Source: Eutreptiella sp. 'Long Island Sound 2002'
Taxonomy: Eukaryota; Protista; Euglenida
NCBI GenBank assembly: GCA_964036045.1
Contig: OZ038379.1
Coordinates: 68,448,001-68,512,000 of the forward strand
Reading direction: 5' to 3'
Length of the DNA stretch: 64,000 nt
This document shows, in pieces, positions 49,901 through 63,455 of the stretch. The translations under genes and the position numbers were made by a program. Under the pieces are notes generated by a model. That model did no database searches. It was not told the DNA's origin and saw only the letters and a program-made list of their open reading frames with translations. The first letter of the stretch is position 1; the number at the start of each line of letters is the position of its first letter.

Positions 49901-51961
49901 ACGCGAGCAGCGGGGCCCGAGTCTTGCTCGCACCATGCATAAAGAATGACCTGGTGCACTACCATGGGGACGGAGGGCACCTCGGACTGCAAGCGGTGGG
50001 ATGAGTGCAACAGCTGCAGCCAGCAGAGTGCAACCGGAAGTCCCAACGGCGGGGCAGGCTGGGGAAGGCTGGCCAGCTCCCCACCCTGTCCTGCACCAGT
50101 TTTTGGAAGACAGAGTGCCAGTCCTACCACGTTGTAGTGAGCTCTAGCAGTCGCAGCGCGTTTGGTCTGCCACATTCTAGTTGCCTGCCCCCCCCCCCCT
50201 AGCAATAGACAGTGGGGGCAAGGGAGCATGGCCCCCTTGCATAACTGTGGCCCACTTATCAGTGGCCCTCGGCCTTGCTCTCCACCACATTTGATGTGGG
50301 AAGTGTGCACAGGGCACAGGGTCACGGGGTTCTGGATCAGCTAGTATTACCCTTCAGTGGTGCACTGCATGTCCAATTTGGTGGTGAAGTGTGGTAAACC
50401 TCCTGCAGTCAACCTCAAGCATGCGGTGGCGGCCATCCGAGAGGGCCAAGTGTTATGTAGCGTGTTTTCGCAGCCTTGGGCCCCACTACCCTCATTTTCG
50501 ATCAAGAGATTGGGAATCATCTATTTCGAGAGTGCTTCGGCAAGAAGCCGCCCCCCCCCTCCTACCCCCCTCGTACCCCCTTCCCCCTGTTACCCCCACC
50601 CCCCCCTCCATGCATCCCCTCCTGTTCAACGGGGTCCTCAGCCTCAACGTGGCGTGCCGGTGAACCCGACGGTGTGGGCTACTGACCTGCCACCAGGGGG
50701 CCAATGGAGGAACAGTCGCAAAGGGCTGAAGGGTAGCCACACACAGGGACCTGCTTCATCGACGGTGGATGAAGTGGCAGCCCCCCCCCCCCCCTTTGCT
50801 CTCCTCGCTCCCCTCTCTCCAATTTCCAAGAACTCCGTCGTTGTGTCGTGCATTTTGCTCGTTGGTGTGATGGGATTCGGTCTACCCATCCTGCAGTTGC
50901 CGCGGGCTCTGCCCGGTTGTAATTTCCTATAGCAGTACCCAGGAGAGGAGCCCAGTCTCACCTAATTGCCCGTTCACCCCTGCTGCCCCGCCGTGTACTT
51001 ACTTCTCCTGCCTTCTCCCCCATGTCCTTCCGCCCACTGTATTTTCTACTCTCCGCATGTTCGTCCTTTTCTCGCAGTGTATGCTGAGTGTGTTGGGCCT
51101 GCCTCACGACTGTACCACGCCGTTGTCTTCTGCCTGCAGTTGTTCGCCATGCCTAACTTTCGCGCTCTAAGCTCTGAGAGGCAGAGGGAGACAATCCAGC
51201 CGAAAGATATCTGGACCGTGTCCAAAGTGTACAAAAAAGAGGGGTCCCTTCTCTTCAATTGTACTCATGGACCCACCAAAGTTGATGTGACTAAGGTGGC
51301 GGTTACTGATGCAGTTGCCTCGTCTTTCGGCTTGTGGCTGTCCGTATTGAGAGGTGTTGTCAAGCCGCTTATGCTCGCGTACGTTCTTGGCCTCTGCTAC
51401 CCCAGATGCCGAGTAGCTGTTGTGCTCCTCGATTGCTGAGCACATGCTGTGGGAACCTGCCGAATCTGAGTTCCGCGACGCTGTGGAGCATGACCTTGCC
51501 GCCTTCAGGTTGATCTCGCACCAGAAGCCCTTGTCCCCGAAACCTGATTTCAAGATGGCAGCTGGCTCGTTATGCCTGTGGCACGCTGTATATTGCGCCT
51601 GGGCCGAGCACGAGTCACTGGAGTGCCCATGGACTGGTCTTGTTGACGCTTCTAGCCTGCCATCGGATCCCCCTTGTGATTTGGCCGTCCTGAGGTCCAC
51701 TCTCTGCTAGTATGCGGCCATAGCCAAGCCACTTTCGACCTTGCCACCCCGTGTTGCATACGAAGAGCCCCCGTTGCTTGCTGAATCGTCCAGTGTAGCC
51801 CCTCACTCTCTTGTTGAGTGCACCACGACCAGCCTTCAGTCAGAGCTGGGTGCTGCCCTCATTGCCTTCCTTTCGCTGGCTGCAGAGGCTGTCCCCCAAG
51901 CGGCTGCTAGTCTTGGTCTCCATCTCTCTGCCCTCCCTCTACTGCGACCATCGTCCCGTTC

Positions 51962-52954
51962 GTGGTCAAGGCCAAGAGCGGCAACCAGCTAGCGACCATT
52001 CTGTCCAGCAACCCCCTGCTTCTGGGTTCCGACACCGCTGCTACTGCCAAACAGCTGAAGCTGTGGAGGTCATATGTCCCCGAGAAGTGCGCTCCCTCTG
52101 GTGGTCCGCCCCAACTGCAGTGTCTCGAGTCCCTGAAGACGATGCTTCTAAGCCTGCCTGACAATACTCATTGGCAGGCTGCTTCCGGTGCCATTGCTCT
52201 GTTCTTCCCAGGAAGCCTTGGTGCCCGCCAGCACATGCTTGAAGCTAACTCCAAACCAGAACTTGTTGCCGGTCTCATCCATGCGTTGATTAACTCCAAG
52301 GATATGTCCGCGGACCTGGCTGTTGTAAAATATGTGCTCGAGCCCTTGGCCAAAGAGTTTGTTGGTCTTCCCCTATGGGCTCGGCACTTTCTATCGTCCT
52401 TCCGGTCTGTCCCCCATACCCCCTCTCCCCCCCAGTCCACGGACTCCCAACCCCCCGCGGTTGAGGCCGCATCCTACCCCACCTTTCCGTTTGACTCCCC
52501 CAAGGTGCATTTGCATGTGTCCGGAGGTATGGGCCCTGATCTGGATCACCTAGAGGAGGCGCTTCGCCGCAAGTTTGGTGGGGATACAGACGTTGGGCCT
52601 GGGCTAGTTTCCAAAGGATTGTGGTATCTGAAGGTCCCCTCCGCTGCATGGCAGGCCTTCGTCGGCAACAAAGTGAGGTCGAGCTTGAAATCCCCTTGGG
52701 GTGTCTGGCTCAGCCTGCGATCCCGGAGTCGTGATGGCTCCTCCTTCGCGCCTAAAAATGGGAAGCGTGCTCGCACCGATTCCCCTGCAGCCCCCCCCTT
52801 GGCGCCCCCTATTGTGGCCCCTGTGGCCCAGGTGCATGGGCTTCCGGGTGTCTGCTATGTACCCCCTACTAGTTTGCCGGGTCCATTTTCCACTGTGCCC
52901 TTGTCCGTGTTCTCTACAACGCCGATGGCTACTCACCTGCCTGTCAGTGACTAG
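51962..52954 (+). CDS. ORF1-like protein of the LINE (330 aa)
   Basis: Long open frame upstream of the RT on the same strand. No domain recognised. Confidence 0.45.
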   Translation: MVKAKSGNQLATILSSNPLLLGSDTAATAKQLKLWRSYVPEKCAPSGGPPQLQCLESLKTMLLSLPDNTHWQAASGAIALFFPGSLGARQHMLEANSKPELVAGLIHALINSKDMSADLAVVKYVLEPLAKEFVGLPLWARHFLSSFRSVPHTPSPPQSTDSQPPAVEAASYPTFPFDSPKVHLHVSGGMGPDLDHLEEALRRKFGGDTDVGPGLVSKGLWYLKVPSAAWQAFVGNKVRSSLKSPWGVWLSLRSRSRDGSSFAPKNGKRARTDSPAAPPLAPPIVAPVAQVHGLPGVCYVPPTSLPGPFSTVPLSVFSTTPMATHLPVSD

Positions 52955-55390
52955 TCCACCGTAGCGATGCCCTCCCACGCCCAGGTGCTGACCTTACCCC
53001 CCTCTCGGTCTGAGTCAGCTGGTAGCACGGGATCCGCAGCTTCAGCACCTGCTGCACCCCCAGAAGATGCCACAGAATGCTGACAGGAGGAGCTCAAAGC
53101 TATGGTGCCTCTCTACCCGCAGTTGTAGGTTACACACATGGCCCCTACTGATATCCCTGGGTGCTTCCTAAGTCTTGGAATGCCCTGCCATCTCTTCTGC
53201 GAGTTTTTCATGCATTTGTCCCTGTTGTCTGTAACCTTGCCTCGCTGACGACGAGTTTGCTCTCTCGCTTGGCAAACTGGCTACCGGCCGGTCCCTCGGC
53301 TCTTGGGAGCACCTTGGAATCTGATGAACCCCCTCCCGCTCTGCCCCCGCCCCCCACCACCACCACTGATCGCTTTGTGGTGTGTTGGTCATGTGGCCTT
53401 ATTAGCGACCGGGCCTCAGGGAGTTGCAGCATGTGCCCCGGCGCTCCCCAGTGGGTCCTTCCCGAAGTGCCCCCCTCCTTCGCGAACACCGAGCAGTCCT
53501 CCCTTATTTCCAGGTTTTGTGAGCCGGCCCCTTTGTCTTACCTCCTGTGGGATGTGATGCGGTTCTCTCTTTGCGCCGTTTGGCTGTGGCTGTTGTAGGT
53601 TAATGGGCGGAGGAGTAACCTTTCCTCCCAAGGACCGTCCATTTCTGTTGCTCAGGGATGCACTGTCCTAGTTTTGTGGGCTCCATGCCCGGGCCGTCCC
53701 TCCTGCAACTCGCCGTACGGGTATGTGGCGCATGCCGGTCGTTGGGTGCTGTCTCTCTCTGCCCCCTCCTCCCCCTGCCCAGTGCCCTCGGATTGGCTAG
53801 TGGGTGAGCCTTGCTCTTCGAGTGGTCGTTTGTGGGGTCTCACCGTCACTTTGCATCCCCCTCGCCCGCCCCTTGTTCCCTCGGGCCGGGTGTCTGTGTG
53901 CTAATCTTGGCGAGATGGCTAGCCAGTTACTTAAGTCATGGCATCCCGTGTGTTGTGTCGGGTCGACCCCCAAGCCATGGCATCCCGTGTGTTGTGTCGG
54001 GTCGGCCCCCATTCTCTCCTTGGCACTTTCCCCTTGTCGGTGGCTGAGTTGCACCCCTGTGAGCCCCCCACGCTCTCCCGGAGGGAGGTTTGCCTGCTCG
54101 TGTGCAAGATGCTCTGACCCATGCGGCCTCGTGGTATGCAGCCTGTGTTGTGAAGCCTCGTGACATTCAATCCCCCCTTGGCTGGTTAGCCAAAATGTTG
54201 GCCTCCGGAGCCTGCTTTTTGCACTGCCCTTACACTGACCATAGCCCCTCAGACATAGTGCATCTTCGTAGGCTTGGCCGGTCCGAGCGGCATGTCTCCA
54301 AGAAGCTCACCGACTGGCTTTTTGTCTTAGCTCGGTTCCCTCCAGTGTCATGTCATCGGCACCAATTGCCTGGGCTCAGCACCCACGTGGCACAATATGT
54401 CTGCTTTGTCTTCAACCCCTGCCATGTCCGCCCCCTGGACCCTGTAGGTCGTCTTTTTGACATCCGCTGTATGGATGATGCGCTCAAAGAGCGGGTGGCG
54501 GCAGCCTTGTCCCTTGTCTTCTCGTGGGCTCGCCTCGGGGCCTGGTTCCCAGACGTGTGCATGCAAGCCTACCACCACTTGATGCTTCACTCCGCTCCTC
54601 CGCGGTCTTCTGTTGCTTCCTTACCTAGAGACTCTCCCGGTGTCGTTTCCCGTATGTCTCGGGCTGTTGTGTCACGTGACTCTGCAGAGGTGGACCGCTG
54701 GTGGTCAGAGAAAAAGGATGTGGCCACCCTCCGCAAAGTAGGCATCCCTGCCTGCCGCCTTCAAGGCTACAGCATTTCCTCTGCCATGTCCCGCACCCTA
54801 GCCATCAAGCATAAGGCGTTAACCAAGTGAGTGCTAACGGTCAATTTTCCCCGACATCCAGGTCCGCCCTTGAGGCTGAGCTTGTGTCGCAAGCAGCGGA
54901 GCTGCACAACAGCCGCCGGGGTCAGGAGCCCGTCCTCTCCCATCTGCTTGATGGCGTCTCCCGCGATTCCACTGCACTGCACGATGACCTTGATTTTTGC
55001 TCTCAAATGGAGCTTTTTCATCTCAAGCAGGTGGGTTCTTGTGTTGCCGGTGAGGCCGGGCAGCCGCCCTCTTTCGTGGAGTTGCATCAGGGCATTCGTA
55101 GCTCGGCCTCTGAGGCCACATCCCTTGATGAATTGCCAGCCTCCTAGGTCCGCTTGTTGGACGGTTTCAGTGTCAGCCTCCTGTGCGTTATATTATGTGC
55201 TTTGTTCCACGGCACCTCCTTTTGGTGGCTGTCTGTTTTCCTTCACCTCTCCCTGAAGAAGAAATTCCCCATGTACGTGGTAGGTAATAGTAGACCGATT
55301 CTTCTTGAGGCCTTCTTGCGGCGCCTCGAGGCCACAAATGTTTTTCGTCGCTTCAACCTCCAAGCCGAGTCGCGGCGATACCTTCTCGCG

Positions 55391-56496
55391 AGTCATGTGA
55401 AGGACATGACGCGCAGTCTCCCGGGTGAGGATGCTGCGACTATTGATGCCCTTAAACGGGCCCTTCAGGTATCGCAGCTTAGACCGCAGAAAAAGGAGGG
55501 GCACGCAAAACCCTAGGGTCTGGGGGGCCCCATACAGAACCGCCCTTGGGAGATGCTGGCGAATTCCTGGTGACGTCGGGGCCACACGATGGACAAGGGT
55601 TTGGGCAGAGGAGAGCCAAGCCTCGACGGGAGGCATCGCCTCAAAGACAGAGTCTATGGTGGACAGGACATACACCAGCAGCAAGCGTAGTGTGAGAAGA
55701 AACATGGGTTTGTAGCGGAGCACACTGCGGTGAAGCGCCTGGAGCGCCCGGGTAAGTCGATGCAGAGGGTCTTGCGCGGCATCGCCCATCACCAGAGGAA
55801 CCCCCGTCATAACAAAACCCGAAGTGGAGAAAGAGCTGCGGCCCAGGAATGAGTTCCAGTCATCTGATTGGTACCGGGGGCCTGCGGGAGAGCAACACAA
55901 TTGGAATCCCTTGAGTTTAAGGCTCTGAGGGGTGCCCCCTCCGCTCCAAGAGCTTTGACAGTTGGCCTCCACGATGCGGTCCGGGCCCTCCCGAGAGAGG
56001 CCAAACAGTGACCTGTCGTCAATCCAAACAACCTCATGAATACACTCAGGGGAGGATAGGGAAGAGGGTGGGGGGGGGCTGAGACCAAGTTGCAAAGCAG
56101 AGGGTGAGAGACCGTGATTGAGAACACCTCTTTTAAAGCGGGTGCGCACAACACTAGCAACACTAAAAGCACCAACCCCCATGCTGTCCCCCTGGGCCCC
56201 GCCATGAGAGATGGGGTAGGGCCCATCAAGACCCCATGGGGACACCATAAAAACAGACATGGAACCATAAAAGGCAGAGCACCATCGTTCGATGCTCAGC
56301 CCGAGAAAATGCTCAGCCAGGGCATCTAAACCCAACCGCAGCACGTTACAAAAAGGCATTACTCTCATCCCAATCAGCCGCATACATCACTCCATACCGG
56401 CAAACCCATTAGGCAATGGCCCACCTACAAAATATGGCACAAAGTTGGGACTGAGCTGACGGCACCCTTCTTCCACAGCCCATGCACGGTGACCGG
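55391..56496 (-). pseudogene. Reverse transcriptase core and thumb, inverted relative to the rest of the LINE
   Basis: AADWDESNAF (domain 3), ISHGGAQGDSMG (domain 4), VVWIDD (domain 5), LKLKGF, MTGVPL, then thumb LRYLKGPFKGINSRSILTRE. Confidence 0.85.
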
Positions 56497-57010
56497 GACT
56501 GCACCCGCAGTTGGCTCGTGGGGTTTGAATTGCAACTGTTGCCTGCAGCCATCGATCTCTTGGTCCCGGCATCTGTTGAGTGGGTCCACGATGGCGCTCC
56601 CGTTGGCAGCGTCCTGGCGGTTCTCGATGGTGCTGCACATGGCTGGGCTGTAATACTGGTCGATGCGTTGGGCATTTTTGCGTGGGCCTGCTCAGGTGCC
56701 TTGCTGTCTTGTGGCTCTTCTTGGGTTGCAGAATGGTGTGCCAAAAGTCTAGTGGTGTGGCTCTTGCGGCTGCTGTCTATGGCCATGAGCGATGTGTTAG
56801 GCTTTGTGGCCGATAATCTGGCTGTGAGTTTAGGTTCCTGTAGGGGCAGCCCTCTCGGTGTGTGTGGGTTGATGCCCTGCGGTTGGACTATGCCTCTTTT
56901 CTGGCTGATGGTCCGGTCCCCGAATTTTTTGTTCCCGCGCAGCATGATACCCTCCGTGTTGACCTAATCGCCTCTTGGCAGGATGAGGTTGATAGGCTTG
57001 CCAAGGCAGG
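56497..57010 (+). pseudogene. RNase H domain of the LINE
   Basis: VLAVLDGAAHGWAVILVD, SSWVAEW, FVADN, then FVPAQHD..DEVDRLAK. This is the D-E-D..D order of RNase HI. Confidence 0.75.
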
Positions 57011-58199
57011 CCTGCTTTTAGCTAGACCCTTCACTGTCCCCCTCCCCTCTCTTCTTTCGAACCTCTACCTTGTGTTTTATGGATCTCACTTGGTCTGTGA
57101 TGTTGTCTCTGCTTTAGATGCCAAATATTCAGGTGTGTGTCGGGCACGGTCCCCTGATGCTGTTGGTTTTGACACTGCATGCTGGGAACGTTGCCTGTCC
57201 TCTGGCCTTCTGCCTAACCCTGCTTTCAAATTTGCTCATTGGCTGCGTTCTGCACCATATTGTCATGTGTCTAAGCGTCTTGATTTCCACTGGTCTATGG
57301 CTTTCATCTGTATTTTGATTGTGTACATACTGCAGCTGCCTGGTTCGTGGGGTTTCATGCGCTCGCGGGCGCCGTGCACAAGTAGGTAGGGACGATTGCT
57401 TGGTCTTCTGTGACCCAGTTCAGCTCTCAGTCAGATGATGTCTGCATTCTCTAGACCCTTGACCACCCCGCCTCCCCTTCCGCCCCGCCGGAGATGTGTG
57501 CTGACGTGTTTTTTGACTGGATGGGTGCAGTGTATGTCTCCCCTGGTGTTCCCCTCCAACCCTATGTCTTAGATTAGTTAGTGGTTACCTTCCTCACATC
57601 GGCAGCGACGTGGATGAACTACGATCCTGCCTCATGCCGCGACGCCCTTGCTGTTGCTTCCGTCCTAGGCTCCTGGCCGTGCCCTTTCCCCTGGGCTACA
57701 ATGGTCGTCGCGACAGCTCTGGCGCATGTAGGCTCCCCCGGATCTCAGGCCTATTCCACTCTTCCCATGTGTCCCATGTGCCAGAGCGGCGGCTAACTGG
57801 AGCTCCCTTGCCTCGCTTCTGTGCGTCTCTCACTGTGTCGCCACCTCCTGCCTTCTAATCAGGGGTGTGGATCTCAAGAGCCCCTGATTTGGATGCGGTG
57901 CCACTTGGGTCCACATAGCTGTGTCCGATCATTTTGCTCTGGCCTATCCCCCCTCTGTGTTCTCCCTTGAGTTGCGTGTTGCCATTATCGTTATTACTGG
58001 GGACTCATGGGACCCGGTGCAGGATGACACCCCCTCCCGCGTGGACTCATTTGTTGATGGTTGTTCTAAGGACTCACAGGTCCTGTCGATTGACTCGGCC
58101 TCCGAGGACGAACTCAATTTCTAGAATTTCCAGTCTCACCTCCGCGTAGTGTTGATGCCTGTGTGCTGCAATGTGCCTGTGTGCTTCGTAAACCATTAC

Positions 58200-61100
58200 T
58201 TCACCTCGCTACGGGCTGGTACGGGAGGCCATGTCAGTACCAAGATGCCTATGTCGTGCCTGGTCTGTAGACCGGCGGTCGATATCCGCGCCCTGAGCGT
58301 TCAACAACACTGAATTCCGGAATCCAAACTCGACAAGCGTAGCTGGCAGGGACCATAAGCATTCAGAGCCTGTGTCCCAGGGATCAGCCCCCCAAAAGCT
58401 TACGCCATCCATCCATTCATCCATCCCCACCCCCCCCCTCTCTACCCTGTACCCTCCCCCCCTACCTCCTGTACACCCCCACTGCGGGCCCTGGTACAGG
58501 CGCTCTTGTTGGAGCCCACGCCGGATGTGGTGTGTTAGTGCTGCAGCAGCAGGCTGTCTAACATCCTGTGAGATGTCCTGGCGTCCACGAGGGCGGGGGC
58601 ACATCTGCCTGAAATGCGAGCTGTGGTACAGTACATCAGCGCAGGGTAACAAGCACCTGAAGATGCTGCTGATCACTGATGACCCTTATGCTTGACATGT
58701 CTCACAGTGCAACCCACAGGAGGTTGCAGGTGGAGGAGGAAGTGAGTGGGCCAAGTATCGCTCAGGTCTGTCCCCGGCAGTTTGAAAGAACAACCCCGGC
58801 TTCTGCATTGGGGCGTATCGGCAGAGCACGCACATGACAGGGAGAAATTGGGGGTTTTTTGCTACAATTGGCAATACTCTTGCCTATCTAGACCATACTA
58901 CACCCCCACAACATTGGGCAGCCTCATAACGCAATGGGGATTCTTTTTGTCCTGACAGCTCCAAAGGTACCGAGAAGTCTTAAGAACGATACATATGGCC
59001 CAACCGGAGTTTCCCCGATCTTTTCTAGTGAAAAGACCATCCCTTGTCACTTGGGGCGCCCAAGCGACACGTTGCTCCCTGTCGCCCAAGCGACGCAATG
59101 GTCCCTGTCAGTTGACGATTGGTCAACCAAATCCCTCATCGTCAAAAGTTATTGGAAAAGATATTCAATGATATTGAGGCCATCGCCGAAATCACATCCC
59201 CAACCGGAAAGGGCAATCCAAATCCAAATTCTTGATAGATACTCCGAACCTCTTGGAAAGGATGCAAAAAACAACACACACCAATACACTACAAATGAGG
59301 GGAAAGCATGCAAGCAACTCAAAGAGATGCATAACAAGGCTCATTGTTACTGGTACTAGGCAGTACTATGCAGCTTGGGTACAGTCCTGTACAAACTTTG
59401 TGCACAGAGCGCGCATGGCGCGCAGTACGCCCCCCACCACCACAGTCAACCACCGTTGTCCATTTCATCAATGGACCAAAGTACGTCAGTTAGCCCCCGA
59501 CCATCAAGAGACCACGGTCAGTCGAGAGGTTAAAGCACGTAATCCTACCACTGAAGGCTCCAGGTTCGACGTCGAACATTCCAAGGGTGCAGTCGAGCAG
59601 TGACCCCCGGACACTCACAGAGAGCCCATGGTCGAGGAGTTTCACAACGAAGGTTGGAAACACGCCCGGTCATGCACCATTGTGTCGGTGAGTGTTCACC
59701 AGAGAGAGAACGAATGCTCAGAAATACCCTCAAACCACCATCAAATACTACCACTGTCTGCATCAGGCTGTGAAATCATAATTGACACGGTCTGTTAAGA
59801 ACAGCCTGGACACCACCACATGGCCACACCAGCACACCACAGACCTTTCGTGGGCCCTCGGCTGTGGTGTGAGGCCCGGAGTGTCAATCTGGGAGTTGGG
59901 CGGGACGGACTCGGCTGGAGACAGGCATGGTGCGCTGGGAGGGATCAACGCATAAGCAGGACTCAACGTGCCAGGCAGAGGGCAAGGGGTAGGCGTCAGC
60001 GTCCGCAGCTGAGGCAGCGGGGTCTGGGATGGGGATGGGAAGTGGTACTGCCCCGGCGAGCTGAAGGCCTGCATGGCCAGAGATCCGCTGTGCTGGACCT
60101 ACAGTACATACACAACACAAACGTGGGGTCTGGCCCAAGTGTGCAGTCACACAAGCGGCTGTTGTAGAAGGGCTCTCAGCCCAAGTACTACCCCAGTCAG
60201 CGGCAGCCTGTGGGCAGGAGCCTGAAAGGCCGTGCTGCACTTTAACCAGCCGACCCCCCTGTGCAACTCTGGAGATAGCGGGTGCCACTCATCCGTTTGA
60301 TTCTGGGGAGCATGTTTGATCCCTCCGTCATTGGGTCAGCGGGCCCCAGTAGATTGCCAGCGCTCTGCTGGAGTTGTCTCCGGGTGGGGCCCGGTGGTTC
60401 TATCTTGGCTGTGATGGAGTCCATCCCTGTGTGTGTGTGTCGACACACCTCTGGACTGCCGGCTGCCGTCCACCACCAAACAGAGCCAACATTTGTCGCA
60501 CAGGTTTGCTTGGACTTCGCGCTTGAATGTCCTCTCCACTCGGTGTACCTGGCTGTAAATCTTCCAAAAGTGCACCGTGCTTGGCACTCCAGGAGGGGCA
60601 CTCTGTCCCACTATGCAAGGCAGACGAGCCACGGGTGGTGCTTGCCTGAACTCATTTGGTGGTCTATTGGAAACCGCTGCTCATTTACAGCCCCGCTGAG
60701 GACTGGGGACAACACCCAAATGTTGGCTGGTGAGGACCACAAAAGGATCGGGGTACACATTGACACGGGCTCTCTGTCCCTCCCTTCCCCGCTCCCAGAC
60801 TTGGGGGTTGGGGTCAAGCAATGGCGTGAAGCAATAGAATGAGCATTGGGTACCTCCCCAGAGCGGTCCTCGGTTATACCGGCCTCGCCGAAGGTTTTGG
60901 GCGGTTGCAACATTGTCTGACCTGCAAGGCGAGCGAATTGGGGTGACGTGAGATGAATGCACAAGGCAGGTCCATTGCAGCACTGTGCCACTGTAAGGGC
61001 TAAGGGCTGGAATGCTGCACCACACTAACGCCTCTGGACCAGAAGGGTTCTGACATAATGTCATCATCACTGGGAGCACTTACTACATGTTGCAGGCGCA

Positions 61101-63300
61101 CAGCATGCGCCACAGGGTAAGGGTAATTAGCTTTAGTGTACACTTTCCAGGAAATGTACACCAGAACAAAAAAGTTCCGTGCAGTTGATCTGTGGACACC
61201 GTCGCTTTCTACAGAAGAGAGACTACAGCCCCGGCTTAACGTGCAAAGCGTGGTAGGGAATCCCACCCTTCTATTGTGGTTAAGGAGGAGGGACGCCAAA
61301 CCCTCCGTCAGAAGTAGCAGAGCCCCAATGCCACTCCTTCCCCCATACCCCTTATACCCCTTGAATCAGGCAACTAGATGATTGTATGTGAGCCCTCCGC
61401 TATGCTATGGTTGTGTGCGAGTGTGTATGGGTTTATGGGTGTGTCTTGCTGCATTCCGTGGTTGTTTTGTGCGCACATCAACAACAAACACTACCTATTT
61501 TTATGATGTTTGGATTTATTGAGAGGTTCACAAACTAGCACAACATGCTTTATTGCAAAATTTTTCCAAAGAAGCATTGTATGTACTCCGGGATACGCAA
61601 TGTGCCGCACAACGTATGTCCAATCCCCCACCGTAGCACAACGTTGGTCCCACCATCACACTTTGTTGCCTTACCCCTACATCATAGGGTGCCTAAACCC
61701 ATGATGCAGACTTTTCGAGTCATTTTTGGCATTTTGAAGATTGGAGTCCCACTCGGATGTGGACAAGTCGCTGTGAACAAAGAGCAAGGTTTCGTCCCAA
61801 ACATCCGCTTGGGGAAATGGCCCCATGGACCGTAGGGCAGGTGCTTGACGTTGCGCTTGTCGATGAATTGTTGGATGTGAAACACGGCATAGACCATCTA
61901 ACTGAGTCGCAAGATACACTCCTTGCAGTTCATCCCCAACTTTGTGCACCCCTCACGGCACACAGCCCAAGTGTACAATTGGTTGGGCAAACCGATGCTC
62001 TCCGCGGCCCCGAATGAAGGAGTGCCCATCATGGTACTTGGCTTGCCATGTTGGGTGATCCCCGCCCTTTGGCTTCGGAAATGGTATAATACCATGCTTC
62101 CTTCTGGGGAAACCGCCATCAAGCAGGATCACCTCCCCTTGTTTGAGGTCTTGGAGCTAGAGCCCAAGTTCTTTCAAGATCCACGTGCCGCTTTGCACAC
62201 CGCATGCAAGCCCGCCAACCCAACAATATTCATCCAACTGGTCAATCAACAACAACAGCTTGTAGACCTCATCCTCATACTTGGGTTCGGATTACACGTT
62301 GTAGAACCATTTTGGGGTGCGTAGAGGGGGGGGGGGAGTGGGGTTCCCCCCCTTGGGGTCGGGTCACGGCTGGCAACCAACCCAATGCCATCCGAAATTT
62401 TGAAGAGAAATCCAAAAATGAGAGGCTCCAATTTTAGGTACACCAACTTTCGTTTGCCCTCATACCCCCCCTTGGAGTGACTGGTTGTGAGGTCTATTCG
62501 GATTCCAATTCGGGTTCGCCTAGATGCGATGGTCCCCTCCCCAGGAATGGGTTCTCCTCTTGTTTTCATACATCTCCAAACAGCACCCTCCATGATAACA
62601 GCAGATTCGGATCCTCTATTTTTTGTTGTTGCTTCACTACAAAGCGGGGGTGTGTCCCGAGCCTCTAAGGCACTCCGTGCTGGCTGTGGTAGGCATTGCC
62701 TCCAAGTTAGCATGATTGTAATGCAAACACATGCAACCCAATGGGCGCAACAACAACTGTCCAGCATGTGAGCCAGACAGTTGTTTCCCATGCCGGCGGC
62801 ACAAGTACCAAGAGATATGCGGGAACATCCAGCGGATTCTATTTCCCACAAACTCACACCGGCTTGGCGGGCATAATAGCCGTCAGCACTCACAAGGCCT
62901 AGGCTCATCCCTCAACGAAAAGCCCCCCGCCCCCGCCCAGACACAACACATCTGCGTCAAACAGTGCACCCCAGTAGATCAGCACCTGCAGTGCAATACT
63001 AACCAATGCACTCAGCCATAGTAAAAACGGACGCACATAGGGAAGACGTTCCGCAAACGTGGTCGCGTACTAGCCCAAGCCTGTGATATACCCGCCCAGA
63101 CCGCACACTGAGGGCGGCTTTCCAGCCACCCAAGCCAACAAGATTGGGGCGACGCCGCAAAGGCAGATATATACCGCAAAAACAAACAGATAAATACGCC
63201 AACGGGGCAAGAAAATAGGCAGCACCGTTGCCCGCGAGCTATTGCACCTCCGGGGCCCTTGGCAAAAGTGCCCGGCCCAAGCGTACCCCACAGCCGGCGG
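58200..63300 (-). mobile_element. Heavily degraded non-LTR retroelement remnants
   Basis: Weak RT-like pieces only: HIRRGLQQ (~58520), IGIRIDLTTSH..RKLVYLKL (~62430-62520), GLVSADG (~62890). Confidence 0.3.
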
Positions 63301-63455
63301 TATGACCACCGTTGTGTTTATTTGTGGTGCTGCGAAGTACGCCCAGTGCCCGGCGCATCATCACTGATATTATACCTTGGAGAAGACTCGGCTCACCAAA
63401 ACTACAGACAACAAACAACCGACAATACACAACCCACATAAAAAAGAAAACTTAC

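Larger units (their letters stand above)
50960..58200 (+). mobile_element. Non-LTR retrotransposon (ORF1, RT, RNase H, C-terminal Cys motif), decayed, with internal inversion
   Basis: ORF1-like 51962-52954; RT N-part LHLSLKKK..NSRPILLEAFLRRL (55240-55340); RNase H; CPMCQSG near 57770. Confidence 0.8.

Noticed and set aside
47780-50950. Many short GC-rich ORFs
   Set aside because: No recognisable domain or consistent strand; probably decayed repeat sequence.
54150-54245. APE endonuclease motifs (GDFN-like and TDHSP) in the LINE
   Set aside because: They are only about 25 codons apart instead of roughly 80-90, and the first requires an indel.
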